Origin: an uncultured Bacteroidales bacterium
GTDB taxonomy: Bacteria; Bacteroidota; Bacteroidia; Bacteroidales; F082
Assembly (NCBI GenBank): GCA_905234455.1
Contig: CAJOIH010000012.1
Coordinates: forward strand, 5,416 to 69,415
Length of the DNA stretch: 64,000 bases
Direction of reading: 5' to 3'
A program made the translations under genes and the position numbers. Under the pieces are notes generated by a model. It was given only the letters and a program-made list of their open reading frames with translations. It made no database searches and was not told where the DNA came from. How positions within the stretch are numbered: the stretch's first letter is position 1; each line of letters begins with the position of its first letter. Shown in pieces: positions 1 through 8,972 of this stretch.

Positions 1-1556
1 ATTTTTGTGTTTGTATTCAATATAGTAATGCACAGAACAAAACCCAGATGAATGCCCAAAAACTAGGCACCACCCTGTACTTGATCGAGAATTTTTACAC
101 TGACACTGTCGACCTTGACAAGGTGGCCGAGGATGCCATCATTGCAGCGTTGAAGGAGCTTGATCCCCATTCGGCCTACATTTCGCGGAAAGACGTGGAG
201 AAGGCCAACGAGCAGCTGGTGGGCAGTTTTGAGGGCATTGGGGTGACCTTCCAGATCATCCGCGACACCATCACCGTCATCGGCCCCACACCGGGAGGTC
301 CCTCGGAAAGAGTTGGCATCATGGCGGGTGACAAATTCATCAAGATCGATGGCGAGGACTCCTTCGGCAAGAAGATCGACAACGAATACGTTCAGAAGCA
401 TCTGCGTGGCAAGAAAGGCACCAAGGTGACCGTGACCGTAAAGCGCGGCAACGACCCCGAACTGATGGACTTCGAGATCATCCGTGACAAGATCCCGCTG
501 AACAGCATCAACGCCTATTTCATGATGAAGAAGGACGTCGGCTACATCAAGTTGGACCGTTTCGCCCAGGAAACCACCCACGAGTTCACGTCGGCGTTGG
601 ACAGCCTGAAGAAGCAAGGCTTGAAGTCGTTGATTCTCGACTTACGTAGCAACACGGGAGGCTATCTAAACACTGCCATCGAGATGGTGGACCAACTTTT
701 GAAGGCCGACCAGCTCATCGTTTATCAAGAAGGCTTGCATCAGCCCCGTCAGGAATGGAGGAGCACCGAGGCTGGCATGTACACTGAAGGCAAGCTTGTG
801 GTGCTCATCGACGAGGGCTCGGCTTCGGCCAGCGAGATTTTGTCGGGTGCGGTGCAGGACCACGACCGCGGCGTCATCATCGGTCGCCGCTCTTTTGGAA
901 AGGGTCTGGTGCAAAGGCCTTTCAACCTGCCTGACGGCTCCGTCATACGTTTGACTACGGCACGCTACCACACCCCCACCGGACGATGCATCCAACGTCC
1001 CTACGAGGAAGGCACTGAAGAGTACTACAAAGAGATGACCAAGCGGTTGGAGCGCGGTGAATATTTCCATGCCGACAGCATCCACTTCCCCGATTCGCTG
1101 CGTTACAAGACTGACAACGGCCGTGTCGTATACGGTGGCGGAGGCATTATGCCCGACATCTTCATGGCCATCGACACCAGCTTCGACAGCAAGCTTTACA
1201 CCAACCTCGTGCGCAAGGGCGTGTTCAATAAATATACCGTCGACTATGCCATGGCCAACCGTGACAAGCTCAAGGCCAAGTATCCCGACTTCAGCCAGTT
1301 TAACGACCAGTTCGAGGTCAGCGACAGCATGATCGAAGACTTCAAGGCCGTGGCCGAGAAGGAAAAGGTGGAATGGAACGAGGAACAGTACCAGCGCTCC
1401 GGCAAATATGTCAAGTTACAGATCAAGGCCCTCATCGCACGCAACGTGTGGGACATGCAGCAGTACTATGAAGTCACTTTGACCGAAGACCCCATCATTA
1501 AGAAAGCCTTGGAAATCATTTTGAACGACAAGGTTTACAAGGCCACGCTGCGATAA
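1..1556 (+). CDS. S41 family C-terminal processing peptidase (Ctp/Prc-like); 5' end probably lies left of the window
   Basis: PDZ-like segment GIGVTF...GGPSERVGIMAGDKFIKIDG. S41 core LILDLRSNTGGYL and Ser motif GSASASEILSGA...GKGLVQ. The frame is open from nt 3 up to the first in-window ATG at 48. No signal peptide follows that ATG. Confidence 0.85.
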   Translation, partial: FCVCIQYSNAQNKTQMNAQKLGTTLYLIENFYTDTVDLDKVAEDAIIAALKELDPHSAYISRKDVEKANEQLVGSFEGIGVTFQIIRDTITVIGPTPGGPSERVGIMAGDKFIKIDGEDSFGKKIDNEYVQKHLRGKKGTKVTVTVKRGNDPELMDFEIIRDKIPLNSINAYFMMKKDVGYIKLDRFAQETTHEFTSALDSLKKQGLKSLILDLRSNTGGYLNTAIEMVDQLLKADQLIVYQEGLHQPRQEWRSTEAGMYTEGKLVVLIDEGSASASEILSGAVQDHDRGVIIGRRSFGKGLVQRPFNLPDGSVIRLTTARYHTPTGRCIQRPYEEGTEEYYKEMTKRLERGEYFHADSIHFPDSLRYKTDNGRVVYGGGGIMPDIFMAIDTSFDSKLYTNLVRKGVFNKYTVDYAMANRDKLKAKYPDFSQFNDQFEVSDSMIEDFKAVAEKEKVEWNEEQYQRSGKYVKLQIKALIARNVWDMQQYYEVTLTEDPIIKKALEIILNDKVYKATLR

Positions 1557-1619
1557 GCGGAAAGTTTACATTAAATAAAAAAATATATTGAAAAAGGGAC
1601 CAAAAATTCAAAATTTTTG

Positions 1620-1627
1620 TATCTTTG
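1620..1627 (+). promoter_or_regulatory. Bacteroidota -7 promoter box (TAtcTTTG) for C25 peptidase 1
   Basis: Exact match to TAnnTTTG about 70 nt upstream of the ATG at 1696, in an AT-rich spacer. Confidence 0.45.
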
Positions 1628-1695
1628 GAGCCGTTTTTACCAGAAACAAATTATTTAATTAATTGATTAACAAATAAATAACTAAAATCAAACCA

Positions 1696-4600
1696 ATGAA
1701 AAGAGTAAGCTTACTTCTCTCGGCATTCCTCATGGTTGGAATGTTGTTCAGCACCCAAGTGATGGGGCAAGGCCGCATCGACTTGAACGGTGCCAGGAGC
1801 GCACAACAGTGCCTCAATGCCACTAACGAGGGCTTCACCGCCACTTTCTCATTCAGCAGTATCGAAGCTGCCGAAGTAGCCACTGAAAGAGGCGTGTTCT
1901 CTTACATCACGATGGACGGCACCTATCCTGCCGGCAACATCGGTGATCCCACCCTGCCCGCCGCCAACAAGTTGGTCGCCGTCCCGATCGGCGTCAACAA
2001 TGTCAGCGTCGAGGTGAAGAATTACAGCACCACTGTTTACAGCCTTGCTGACTACGGCATTCACAACCTCTATCCTCAGCAGACTCCCCTCCGCAAGGAC
2101 CAGAAGCCTGAGGACGTTCCCTTCGAGTACAATGCCAAAGCTTACACCACTGCCGGTTTTGTGGAGCACCCCATCGCCAATTTCCACATTCAAGGTACCA
2201 TGCGTGGTATCCAGATCGGTGCCCTGACCATCAACCCCGTGCAGTACGATGCCGTCAATAACACCATCCGCGTTTACAACAACATCGAGGTGGAAGTAAA
2301 CTACGGCCAATACGACAAGGCCGCTGCCTACAATGAGTTCGCCCGCACCTTCAACCCTTACTGGGCTGGTGTTTACAAGACCATGTTCAACGAAAGACAG
2401 CTCCGCGACGTTTACGATGAACACCCGGACCTCTGGCAGAATCCTGTCAAGATGCTGGTCATCACCAACCGTGCCTTCGAATCCACCATTCAAGAATGGG
2501 TCAACTGGAAGACTGAAAAGGGCTTCTATGTCGACGTGAACTACACCGACCAGATTGGCACCAACGCTGCTGCCATTAAGACCTTCATCCAGCAGAAGTA
2601 CAACGAGGACGCTCCCACCTTCCTCATGATCATCGGCGACCGCAACATGGTTCCCGAATCAGGCACAGGCAGCGCTACCCAATGCGTGACCGACCTTAAC
2701 TATTCCAGCGTTGACGGCGACATGTTCTGCGACATGTATCACAGCCGTTTCCCCGCTGAGGACCAATCCCAGCTGATCCCCATGCTGGCCAAGGCTTTGG
2801 AGTACGAACAATACACCATGCCTGACCCGAGCTATCTGAGCAAAGTGTTGCTCATCGCCGGTGAAGACAGCAGCGGCTGGGGTGTCCAAGTCGGACGTCC
2901 TACCATTTGGTACGCCACCAACTACTATTTCAACGAAGAACACGGCTTCACTGAGGTCAATGAGTTCAGCCATGGCACCTACACCAACTGCTACAGCTAC
3001 CTGAGCTCCGGTGTCGGTTTTGCCAACTACACCGCCCACGGCAGCCAGACCAGCTGGGCTGGCCCGACCTTCAACGTTTCCGATGTCAACACCCTGACCA
3101 ACGAACACAAGTATTTCCTGGCCATGGGCAACTGCTGCCAAGCCGCTGACTGGGGCTATAGCAGCACCTGCTTCGGTGAGGCCATGGTTCGCGCCGAAAA
3201 CAAGGGCGCTTACGCTTACATCGGCTCTTGCCCCTCGACCTACTGGAAGAACGACTATTACTTCGGCGTGGGTGCCACCAACCAAGCTAACGGTCAGATG
3301 CCCGACATCAGCATCACCACCATGGGTTTCTACGATGCCATGTGGACTGATGACGCCTACAACACCGTGACTTCATTGATGTTCATCGGCAACTTGGCCA
3401 GCAACGCCGCTGAAGAGCTGGGTTACGAAATCCACATCAGCAACCTTTACGACTGGCAGGCTTACCACACCCTGGGCGATGGTTCCATCATGCCCTTCCG
3501 CATCCAACCCACTCCCAACGACGTCTCTCACCTGCCCACGCTGCCCATCGGCATGGACTTCTACACTGTGACTGCCGCTCCCGGTTCCTACGTCGGCATT
3601 TCCAAGGACGGTGTCCTTTATGGCGCTGGCATGATTGACGAGACCGGCACCACCAACATTGCCATCACTCCTGTGACTTCAGGTGGCGATGCCAAGATCG
3701 TGGTGACCCATCCCCAGCACGAGCCCTACGTTGCCACGGTTCCTGCCGCTGCCATGACTGGTGCCTATGTTGCTGTTGACGCTTACGCCTTGAATGCCGA
3801 GCAGGCCAACTATGGCGAGACCCTCGACATGAACATCGATGTGAAGAACGTCGGTGCCGATGCTTCCGGTGCCCTCACCGCTGTTCTGTCCACCGATTGC
3901 GAATATGTTGAAATCCTAGCCGCCGAAGGTTCAACTTCAGCCCTGCAGCCTGATGAGATTGGCACCATGGAAGGCTTCCAATTCAGCGTTGCCGCCGATG
4001 TTCCCGACAACACCAAGGCCCAGTTCTACCTCGATGTCACCGATGGCACCGACACTTGGCAAGGCAAGTTCAGCATCATCCTTCACGCCCCGGTCGTGGC
4101 CCTCAGCGCCATCCAGAATACTGGCGAGGCCCTTATCATCGACTTTGTGAACAACGGTTCCGCCCCGTTCTACGGTGGCACCTTCAACATCTACAGCAGC
4201 TCCAGCGACCTCGTGTTTGCCGAGCCCACTGTCACCATCGACGACGTCGTCGAAGCCAACGGCACTGTCACCTTCAACTGCGAATACACCGTCGCCTCCA
4301 CTGTCCCGCTGGGCACCACTTTCGAGGTCGCCTACGACTTCACCAGCGGCATGCAGATCGTTGAAGAAGACTACGTCCTCAACTACGGCAACATCATGGA
4401 AGACTTCGAGTCAGGTCAATTTGGCGAAGGCTGGACCTTCAGCCAACAGTATGCCTGGGCCATCATCAACGGTGGACGTGGCAACTTCTGCGCCAAGTCG
4501 ATGAACGAAGGCGTCAACTCTTCCGAAGGCTATTGCGAACTCACCGTCAACGTCCAGGCGGCTGGCGAACTGACCTTCTGGTACAAGGTTTCATCTGAGA

Positions 4601-5298
4601 CCAACTACGACAAGCTGTTCTTCTACATGGACAACATTGAGAAGGGCGTCTGGTCGGGCACTGCGATGACTGGCTTTGAGCAATTCACTCAGCCTGTCAC
4701 CGTCGGCACCCACACCTTCAAGTGGCTCTACCACAAAGACAGCTCCGTTAGCAGCGGTAGCGACTGCGCTTGGATCGACGACATCAAGTTCCCGCCCGTC
4801 GCAGTGATTGGCTTCACCGATCCTGTCACCGACCTCGAAGCCGTGGTCACCGGCATGACCGTGAACCTCAGCTGGACTGCTGCCACCAATGCTGACTCTT
4901 ACATCATCAAGCGCGATGACGAGACCATCGCCACTGTCACCGAGACCACCTTCAGCGAGTATGTCGACGAAGGCGTGTACAAATACTCAGTGTTTGCCGA
5001 GAAGGGTGGTGCCATCTCCAAGCCCGTTTCAGTGATCGTCACCGTTGAATACGACGCCACCGGCGAAGCCCAGGAGAACATCATCAGCGTGTATCCCAAC
5101 CCTGCCAACAGCACCTTGAACATCGTGGCTGGCGGCAACTTCGAGTACCAGCTCTTCAATGGCATGGGTCAGGAGATGGCCAGCGGCACTGCCAACGGCA
5201 TCCAACAGATCAATGTCAGCAACATGGCCAAGGGCGTTTACTTCCTGCGCCTCACCACTGGCACTCAGGTCAACACCCAGAAGATCGTCATCGAATAA
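1696..5298 (+). CDS. Gingipain-like C25 cysteine peptidase 1 with MAM/choice-of-anchor-J-like and Fn3-like modules and a T9SS C-terminal sorting domain
   Basis: Signal peptide MKRVSLLLSAFLMVGMLFSTQVMG. Gingipain-type propeptide (GDPTLPAANKLVAVP). His motif NYTAHGSQTSW and Cys motif AMGNCCQAADW. MEDFESGQFGEGW...CAWIDDIKFP beta-sandwich. Fn3-like LSWTAATNADSYIIKRDD. C-terminus VYPNPANSTLNI...GVYFLRL...QKIVIE. Confidence 0.85.
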   Translation: MKRVSLLLSAFLMVGMLFSTQVMGQGRIDLNGARSAQQCLNATNEGFTATFSFSSIEAAEVATERGVFSYITMDGTYPAGNIGDPTLPAANKLVAVPIGVNNVSVEVKNYSTTVYSLADYGIHNLYPQQTPLRKDQKPEDVPFEYNAKAYTTAGFVEHPIANFHIQGTMRGIQIGALTINPVQYDAVNNTIRVYNNIEVEVNYGQYDKAAAYNEFARTFNPYWAGVYKTMFNERQLRDVYDEHPDLWQNPVKMLVITNRAFESTIQEWVNWKTEKGFYVDVNYTDQIGTNAAAIKTFIQQKYNEDAPTFLMIIGDRNMVPESGTGSATQCVTDLNYSSVDGDMFCDMYHSRFPAEDQSQLIPMLAKALEYEQYTMPDPSYLSKVLLIAGEDSSGWGVQVGRPTIWYATNYYFNEEHGFTEVNEFSHGTYTNCYSYLSSGVGFANYTAHGSQTSWAGPTFNVSDVNTLTNEHKYFLAMGNCCQAADWGYSSTCFGEAMVRAENKGAYAYIGSCPSTYWKNDYYFGVGATNQANGQMPDISITTMGFYDAMWTDDAYNTVTSLMFIGNLASNAAEELGYEIHISNLYDWQAYHTLGDGSIMPFRIQPTPNDVSHLPTLPIGMDFYTVTAAPGSYVGISKDGVLYGAGMIDETGTTNIAITPVTSGGDAKIVVTHPQHEPYVATVPAAAMTGAYVAVDAYALNAEQANYGETLDMNIDVKNVGADASGALTAVLSTDCEYVEILAAEGSTSALQPDEIGTMEGFQFSVAADVPDNTKAQFYLDVTDGTDTWQGKFSIILHAPVVALSAIQNTGEALIIDFVNNGSAPFYGGTFNIYSSSSDLVFAEPTVTIDDVVEANGTVTFNCEYTVASTVPLGTTFEVAYDFTSGMQIVEEDYVLNYGNIMEDFESGQFGEGWTFSQQYAWAIINGGRGNFCAKSMNEGVNSSEGYCELTVNVQAAGELTFWYKVSSETNYDKLFFYMDNIEKGVWSGTAMTGFEQFTQPVTVGTHTFKWLYHKDSSVSSGSDCAWIDDIKFPPVAVIGFTDPVTDLEAVVTGMTVNLSWTAATNADSYIIKRDDETIATVTETTFSEYVDEGVYKYSVFAEKGGAISKPVSVIVTVEYDATGEAQENIISVYPNPANSTLNIVAGGNFEYQLFNGMGQEMASGTANGIQQINVSNMAKGVYFLRLTTGTQVNTQKIVIE

Positions 5299-5308
5299 CA
5301 ATCACTTA

Positions 5309-5338
5309 AAAGGAGGCGATTCCCATCGCCTCCTTTTC
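5309..5338 (+). terminator. Rho-independent terminator after C25 peptidase 1
   Basis: Perfect 10-bp stem aggaggcgat / atcgcctcct with loop tccc, followed by a T run. Confidence 0.7.
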
Positions 5339-5361
5339 ATTAAAACCACATTAAAAAAACA

Positions 5362-8300
5362 ATGAAAAAAACCTTATTTCTTCTTTTAGCCCTTTTGATG
5401 GTCGGAAGCGGATTTGCCCAAAGGGCTCCTCAGACCAAGCTGATCTCCAGCACCGAGGACCGCATCGTTGTTAACTTCCACCTCAACGGGTTCAGCACTG
5501 CCAAGGTGCAGACCCCCCAGGGCGAGCAGTACATCGTAAGCGCACCCAAGATGGCTGCCATGCTTGAAGCCGGAGCTCCTGAGCTGCCGTCCTTCCCCAT
5601 CCCCGCCATCATCGGCGACCGTGCCGAGATGACCGTCAATGTCATCGACGCCCAATACACCGATTACAACATGAGCATCGCCCCTTCGAAGGGCAATATC
5701 AGCCGTCAGGTCAACCCTGAGGATGTGCCTTACACTTACGGCGCCATGTATCAGAACAACGCTTTCTGGCCGGCCAGCCAGGCAACCCTTGAAGCACCTT
5801 ATATTCTGCGCGACTTCCGTGGCCAGAACATCATGGTTCATCCTTTTGCCTACAACCCCGTCAGCCAGACCCTGCGTGTGTACAACGACTTGACCATCGA
5901 GATGACCAAGGTGAGCGACAACGGTGCCAACCAGAAGGTTGCCCGCAAGAGCAACACCATCAAGATGGATCCCGAGCAGAAGGCACAGTACAGCCGTCGT
6001 TTCATCAACTTCGACAACATGAGCGCCAAGTATCCCTTCGACGAGGACCTCGGCGAGCTGTTGATCATCTGCACCGATGCTTACATGAGCAACTTGGAAC
6101 CCCTTGTTGAATGGAAGAACCAGTCGGGCCGTCCCACCACCCTAGTGAGCCTCTCCGACGCCGGCGGCAACAACGCCAACAACATCAAGAACTACATCAC
6201 CAACTTCTACAACGATCCCGCCCACAACCTCGAGTTCGTCCTTCTGGTAGGTGAATACAATGACATCACTCCCTACGTGATTGACTACGAGAAGAAGTCG
6301 GACAACTGGTTCGTCAAGTTGGAAGGCAGCGACGATTACCTGGAAGCCTTGATCGGCCGTCTCTCGGTGACCAATGCCGCTGACGCCGATGTACAGGTGA
6401 ACAAGATCATCTATTACGAACGTGATGTCATGGCTGGTGCTGAATGGGGCAACAAGGGCATGGGTATCGGTTACTACGGTGCCGGCAGCGGTCACTTCGG
6501 TGAAGACGACTATCAGCACATCGACCACATCCGCGACACCCTTTTGCACTACACCTACGCTCAAGTCACTGAGCACCATGGCGGTAGCGGCGGTGATGCC
6601 TCTGTTGCCACCATCAGTGGCACCATCAACCAAGGTATCAGCATCATCAACTACTGCAACCACGGTTCGGTAACCAGCTGGGGCGTGGCCAACTACAGCA
6701 CCACCAATGTGGCTGCTTTGACAAACGATTACATGTTGCCCATCGTATGGTCGGTGGCTTGCCTGAACGGACAGTTTGACACTGGCACCTGCTTCGGTGA
6801 GTCGTGGCTTCGCGCAAACAACAGCGCCACCGGTGCTCCCACCGGCGCTGTCGGCGGCATGTTCTCTTGGATCTCACAGCCTTGGATCCCGCCCATGTAC
6901 GGTCAGGACGAGATGGTCGACATTCTTACCGAATGGCGTTCACCTGGTGCATTCCACCACACCCTTGGCGGTGCTTCGTTGAACGGCAGCATGTACATCC
7001 TCGACGCCCAACCCGGCGATTCATACCAGACCTTCAACACTTGGTTGCTTTTCGGCGATCCGTCGATGATGGTTCGCACCGACATCCCCGCTGAGATGAA
7101 CGTCAGCGTCGATCCGGGCGTCCTGATGCTCGGCATGAGCGAACTGACTGTGAACGCCGATGCCGACTATGCCATTGTGACTTTGAGTATGGATGGTGAA
7201 GTGCTCGCCTCCAACACCCTCATCAATGGCCAGTGCACCTTGACTTTCCCGGCCCTCAACATTGTCGGTATGGCCGACATCGTGGTCCTTGGTTACAACA
7301 AAGCCACCTATACGGGTGCCATCGAAGTGGTTCCCGCTGAAGGCGCCTACATCTCTGTGAGCAGCTACGCCATGAGCGCCGAACAGGCCAACTTTGGCGA
7401 GACCGTCGACCTGAGCATCGACGTGAAGAACGTCGGCGTGGAAGTGGCCAGCAACATGACTGCCACCCTCACCACCGAGTGCCCCTACGTCGAGATCCTG
7501 TCAGGTGAAGCCAGCATTGCTACCATCAACCCCGATGAAGTCGTGACCATTGAAGGCTATCAATTCCAGGTGGCTGAAGACGTTCCCGACGGCACCACGG
7601 CCCAATTCTTCCTGCATGTCAACGACGGCACCAATGAATGGGAAGGCAAGATCAACATCATGCTCCACGCTCCCGTGATCGTCTTCGACAACCTTGTAAA
7701 CGACGGCCAGGAGCTTCAGTTCAGTTTCAACAACACTGGTAGCGCCGCATTCCATGGCGGTGTCTTCAATATCTACAGCAGTTCCATCGACCTCGTATTC
7801 GGCGAGGAACAGATTGCTTTCGAAGAAGATGTCGAACCCGGAACAAGCATTGCTCTGACCGTGCCTTACAGCATCGGCGAGAATGTCGAGGAAGGCACTA
7901 CCTTCGCCGTTGCCTACGAGCTGACCAGCGGTCTCCAGCTTGTCGCAGGCGAGCAGACCATCACCTACGGCACCATCATGGACGACTTCGAGACTGGCGC
8001 ATTTGGTGAGAATTGGACCGTCAGCACACAGTATCCTTGGAGCGTTGTGGCCGAAGGCCGCACCGGTTATTGCGCCAAGTCAGCCAACGCCGGCATCAAC
8101 AGCTCGGTTGGCTATTGCGAACTGACCATCCCCGTCATGGCTGACGGCGAACTCTCCTTCTGGTACAAAGTGTCGTCAGAAACCAACTACGACAAGTTGC
8201 ACTTCTACATGGACGACCAAGACCTCCAACAATGGTCGGGTACGATTGCATGGACTCAATACACCCAATATGTCACCGCTGGTGTCCACACTTTCAAGTG

Positions 8301-8877
8301 GAGCTATGAAAAAGACTCGTCAGTGAACAGCGGCAGCGACTGCGCTTGGGTTGACGACATCAAGTTCCCGCCAGTCAGCGTGTTGACCTTCATCAATCCT
8401 ATCACCAATCTCGAAGCCACCCTCACAGGCATGACCGTGAACCTCACTTGGGAAGGCAATCCCGATGCAGAGGCCTACCTCATCAAGCGCGACGGCGAGA
8501 TCATCGCCACTGTGACCGACAATGCTTACAGCGAGTATGTTGACGAAGGCATTTACAAGTATTCGGTGTTCGCCCAAATCGGTAGCGAGATCTCCAAGCC
8601 CGCTTCGGTGATGGTTCAGGTGACCTACGACGATGCCGCCGAGGCCCAAGAGACCCGCTTCAGCGTCTATCCCAACCCGACCAACGGTGTATTGAACATC
8701 GCTGCCGGTAACGATAGCTTCGAGTACCGTCTCTTCAACGGCATGGGTCAGGAAGTGGCCAGAGGCAACGGCCAAGGCACACAGCAGATACAGGTCGGCG
8801 ACATGGCCAAGGGAGTTTACTTCCTGCGCCTCACCTCAGGCAGCCAGGTCAGCACCCAAAAGATCGTGGTGGAATAA
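5362..8877 (+). CDS. Gingipain-like C25 cysteine peptidase 2 (mosaic paralog) with T9SS sorting domain
   Basis: Signal peptide and propeptide. NYCNHGSVTSWG (His) and WSVACLNGQFD (Cys), close to the Rgp/Kgp active-site motifs. The C-terminal half is collinear with peptidase 1 (MDDFETGAFGENW...CAWVDDIKFP, Fn3-like, VYPNPTNGVLNI...GVYFLRL...QKIVVE). Confidence 0.88.
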   Translation: MKKTLFLLLALLMVGSGFAQRAPQTKLISSTEDRIVVNFHLNGFSTAKVQTPQGEQYIVSAPKMAAMLEAGAPELPSFPIPAIIGDRAEMTVNVIDAQYTDYNMSIAPSKGNISRQVNPEDVPYTYGAMYQNNAFWPASQATLEAPYILRDFRGQNIMVHPFAYNPVSQTLRVYNDLTIEMTKVSDNGANQKVARKSNTIKMDPEQKAQYSRRFINFDNMSAKYPFDEDLGELLIICTDAYMSNLEPLVEWKNQSGRPTTLVSLSDAGGNNANNIKNYITNFYNDPAHNLEFVLLVGEYNDITPYVIDYEKKSDNWFVKLEGSDDYLEALIGRLSVTNAADADVQVNKIIYYERDVMAGAEWGNKGMGIGYYGAGSGHFGEDDYQHIDHIRDTLLHYTYAQVTEHHGGSGGDASVATISGTINQGISIINYCNHGSVTSWGVANYSTTNVAALTNDYMLPIVWSVACLNGQFDTGTCFGESWLRANNSATGAPTGAVGGMFSWISQPWIPPMYGQDEMVDILTEWRSPGAFHHTLGGASLNGSMYILDAQPGDSYQTFNTWLLFGDPSMMVRTDIPAEMNVSVDPGVLMLGMSELTVNADADYAIVTLSMDGEVLASNTLINGQCTLTFPALNIVGMADIVVLGYNKATYTGAIEVVPAEGAYISVSSYAMSAEQANFGETVDLSIDVKNVGVEVASNMTATLTTECPYVEILSGEASIATINPDEVVTIEGYQFQVAEDVPDGTTAQFFLHVNDGTNEWEGKINIMLHAPVIVFDNLVNDGQELQFSFNNTGSAAFHGGVFNIYSSSIDLVFGEEQIAFEEDVEPGTSIALTVPYSIGENVEEGTTFAVAYELTSGLQLVAGEQTITYGTIMDDFETGAFGENWTVSTQYPWSVVAEGRTGYCAKSANAGINSSVGYCELTIPVMADGELSFWYKVSSETNYDKLHFYMDDQDLQQWSGTIAWTQYTQYVTAGVHTFKWSYEKDSSVNSGSDCAWVDDIKFPPVSVLTFINPITNLEATLTGMTVNLTWEGNPDAEAYLIKRDGEIIATVTDNAYSEYVDEGIYKYSVFAQIGSEISKPASVMVQVTYDDAAEAQETRFSVYPNPTNGVLNIAAGNDSFEYRLFNGMGQEVARGNGQGTQQIQVGDMAKGVYFLRLTSGSQVSTQKIVVE

Positions 8878-8903
8878 CACCTTGATCACACCTATTTAAA
8901 TAA

Positions 8904-8940
8904 ATGTAGGGGCACAAACGTTGTGTCCCTACATTTTTTA
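8904..8940 (+). terminator. Rho-independent terminator after C25 peptidase 2
   Basis: 13-bp stem tgtaggggcacaa / ttgtgtccctaca (one G-T pair), loop acg, then TTTTTT. Confidence 0.7.
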
Positions 8941-8941
8941 T

Positions 8942-8949
8942 TATCTTTG
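8942..8949 (+). promoter_or_regulatory. Bacteroidota -7 promoter box (TAtcTTTG) for C25 peptidase 3
   Basis: TAnnTTTG match 24 nt upstream of the ATG at 8973, directly after the terminator. Confidence 0.5.
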
Positions 8950-8972
8950 CGAAAAATTCAAATCGCATCGTC

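Noticed and set aside
1696-5298. C25 peptidase 1 as PorU, the T9SS C-terminal signal peptidase, which is also a C25 family member of about 1150-1200 aa.
   Set aside because: Its whole C-terminal half is shared with the cargo-like paralog 2 (adhesin-type beta-sandwich, Fn3 and a typical cargo sorting domain). No porV/lptO-like gene is adjacent. I cannot exclude the PorU assignment without a phylogeny.
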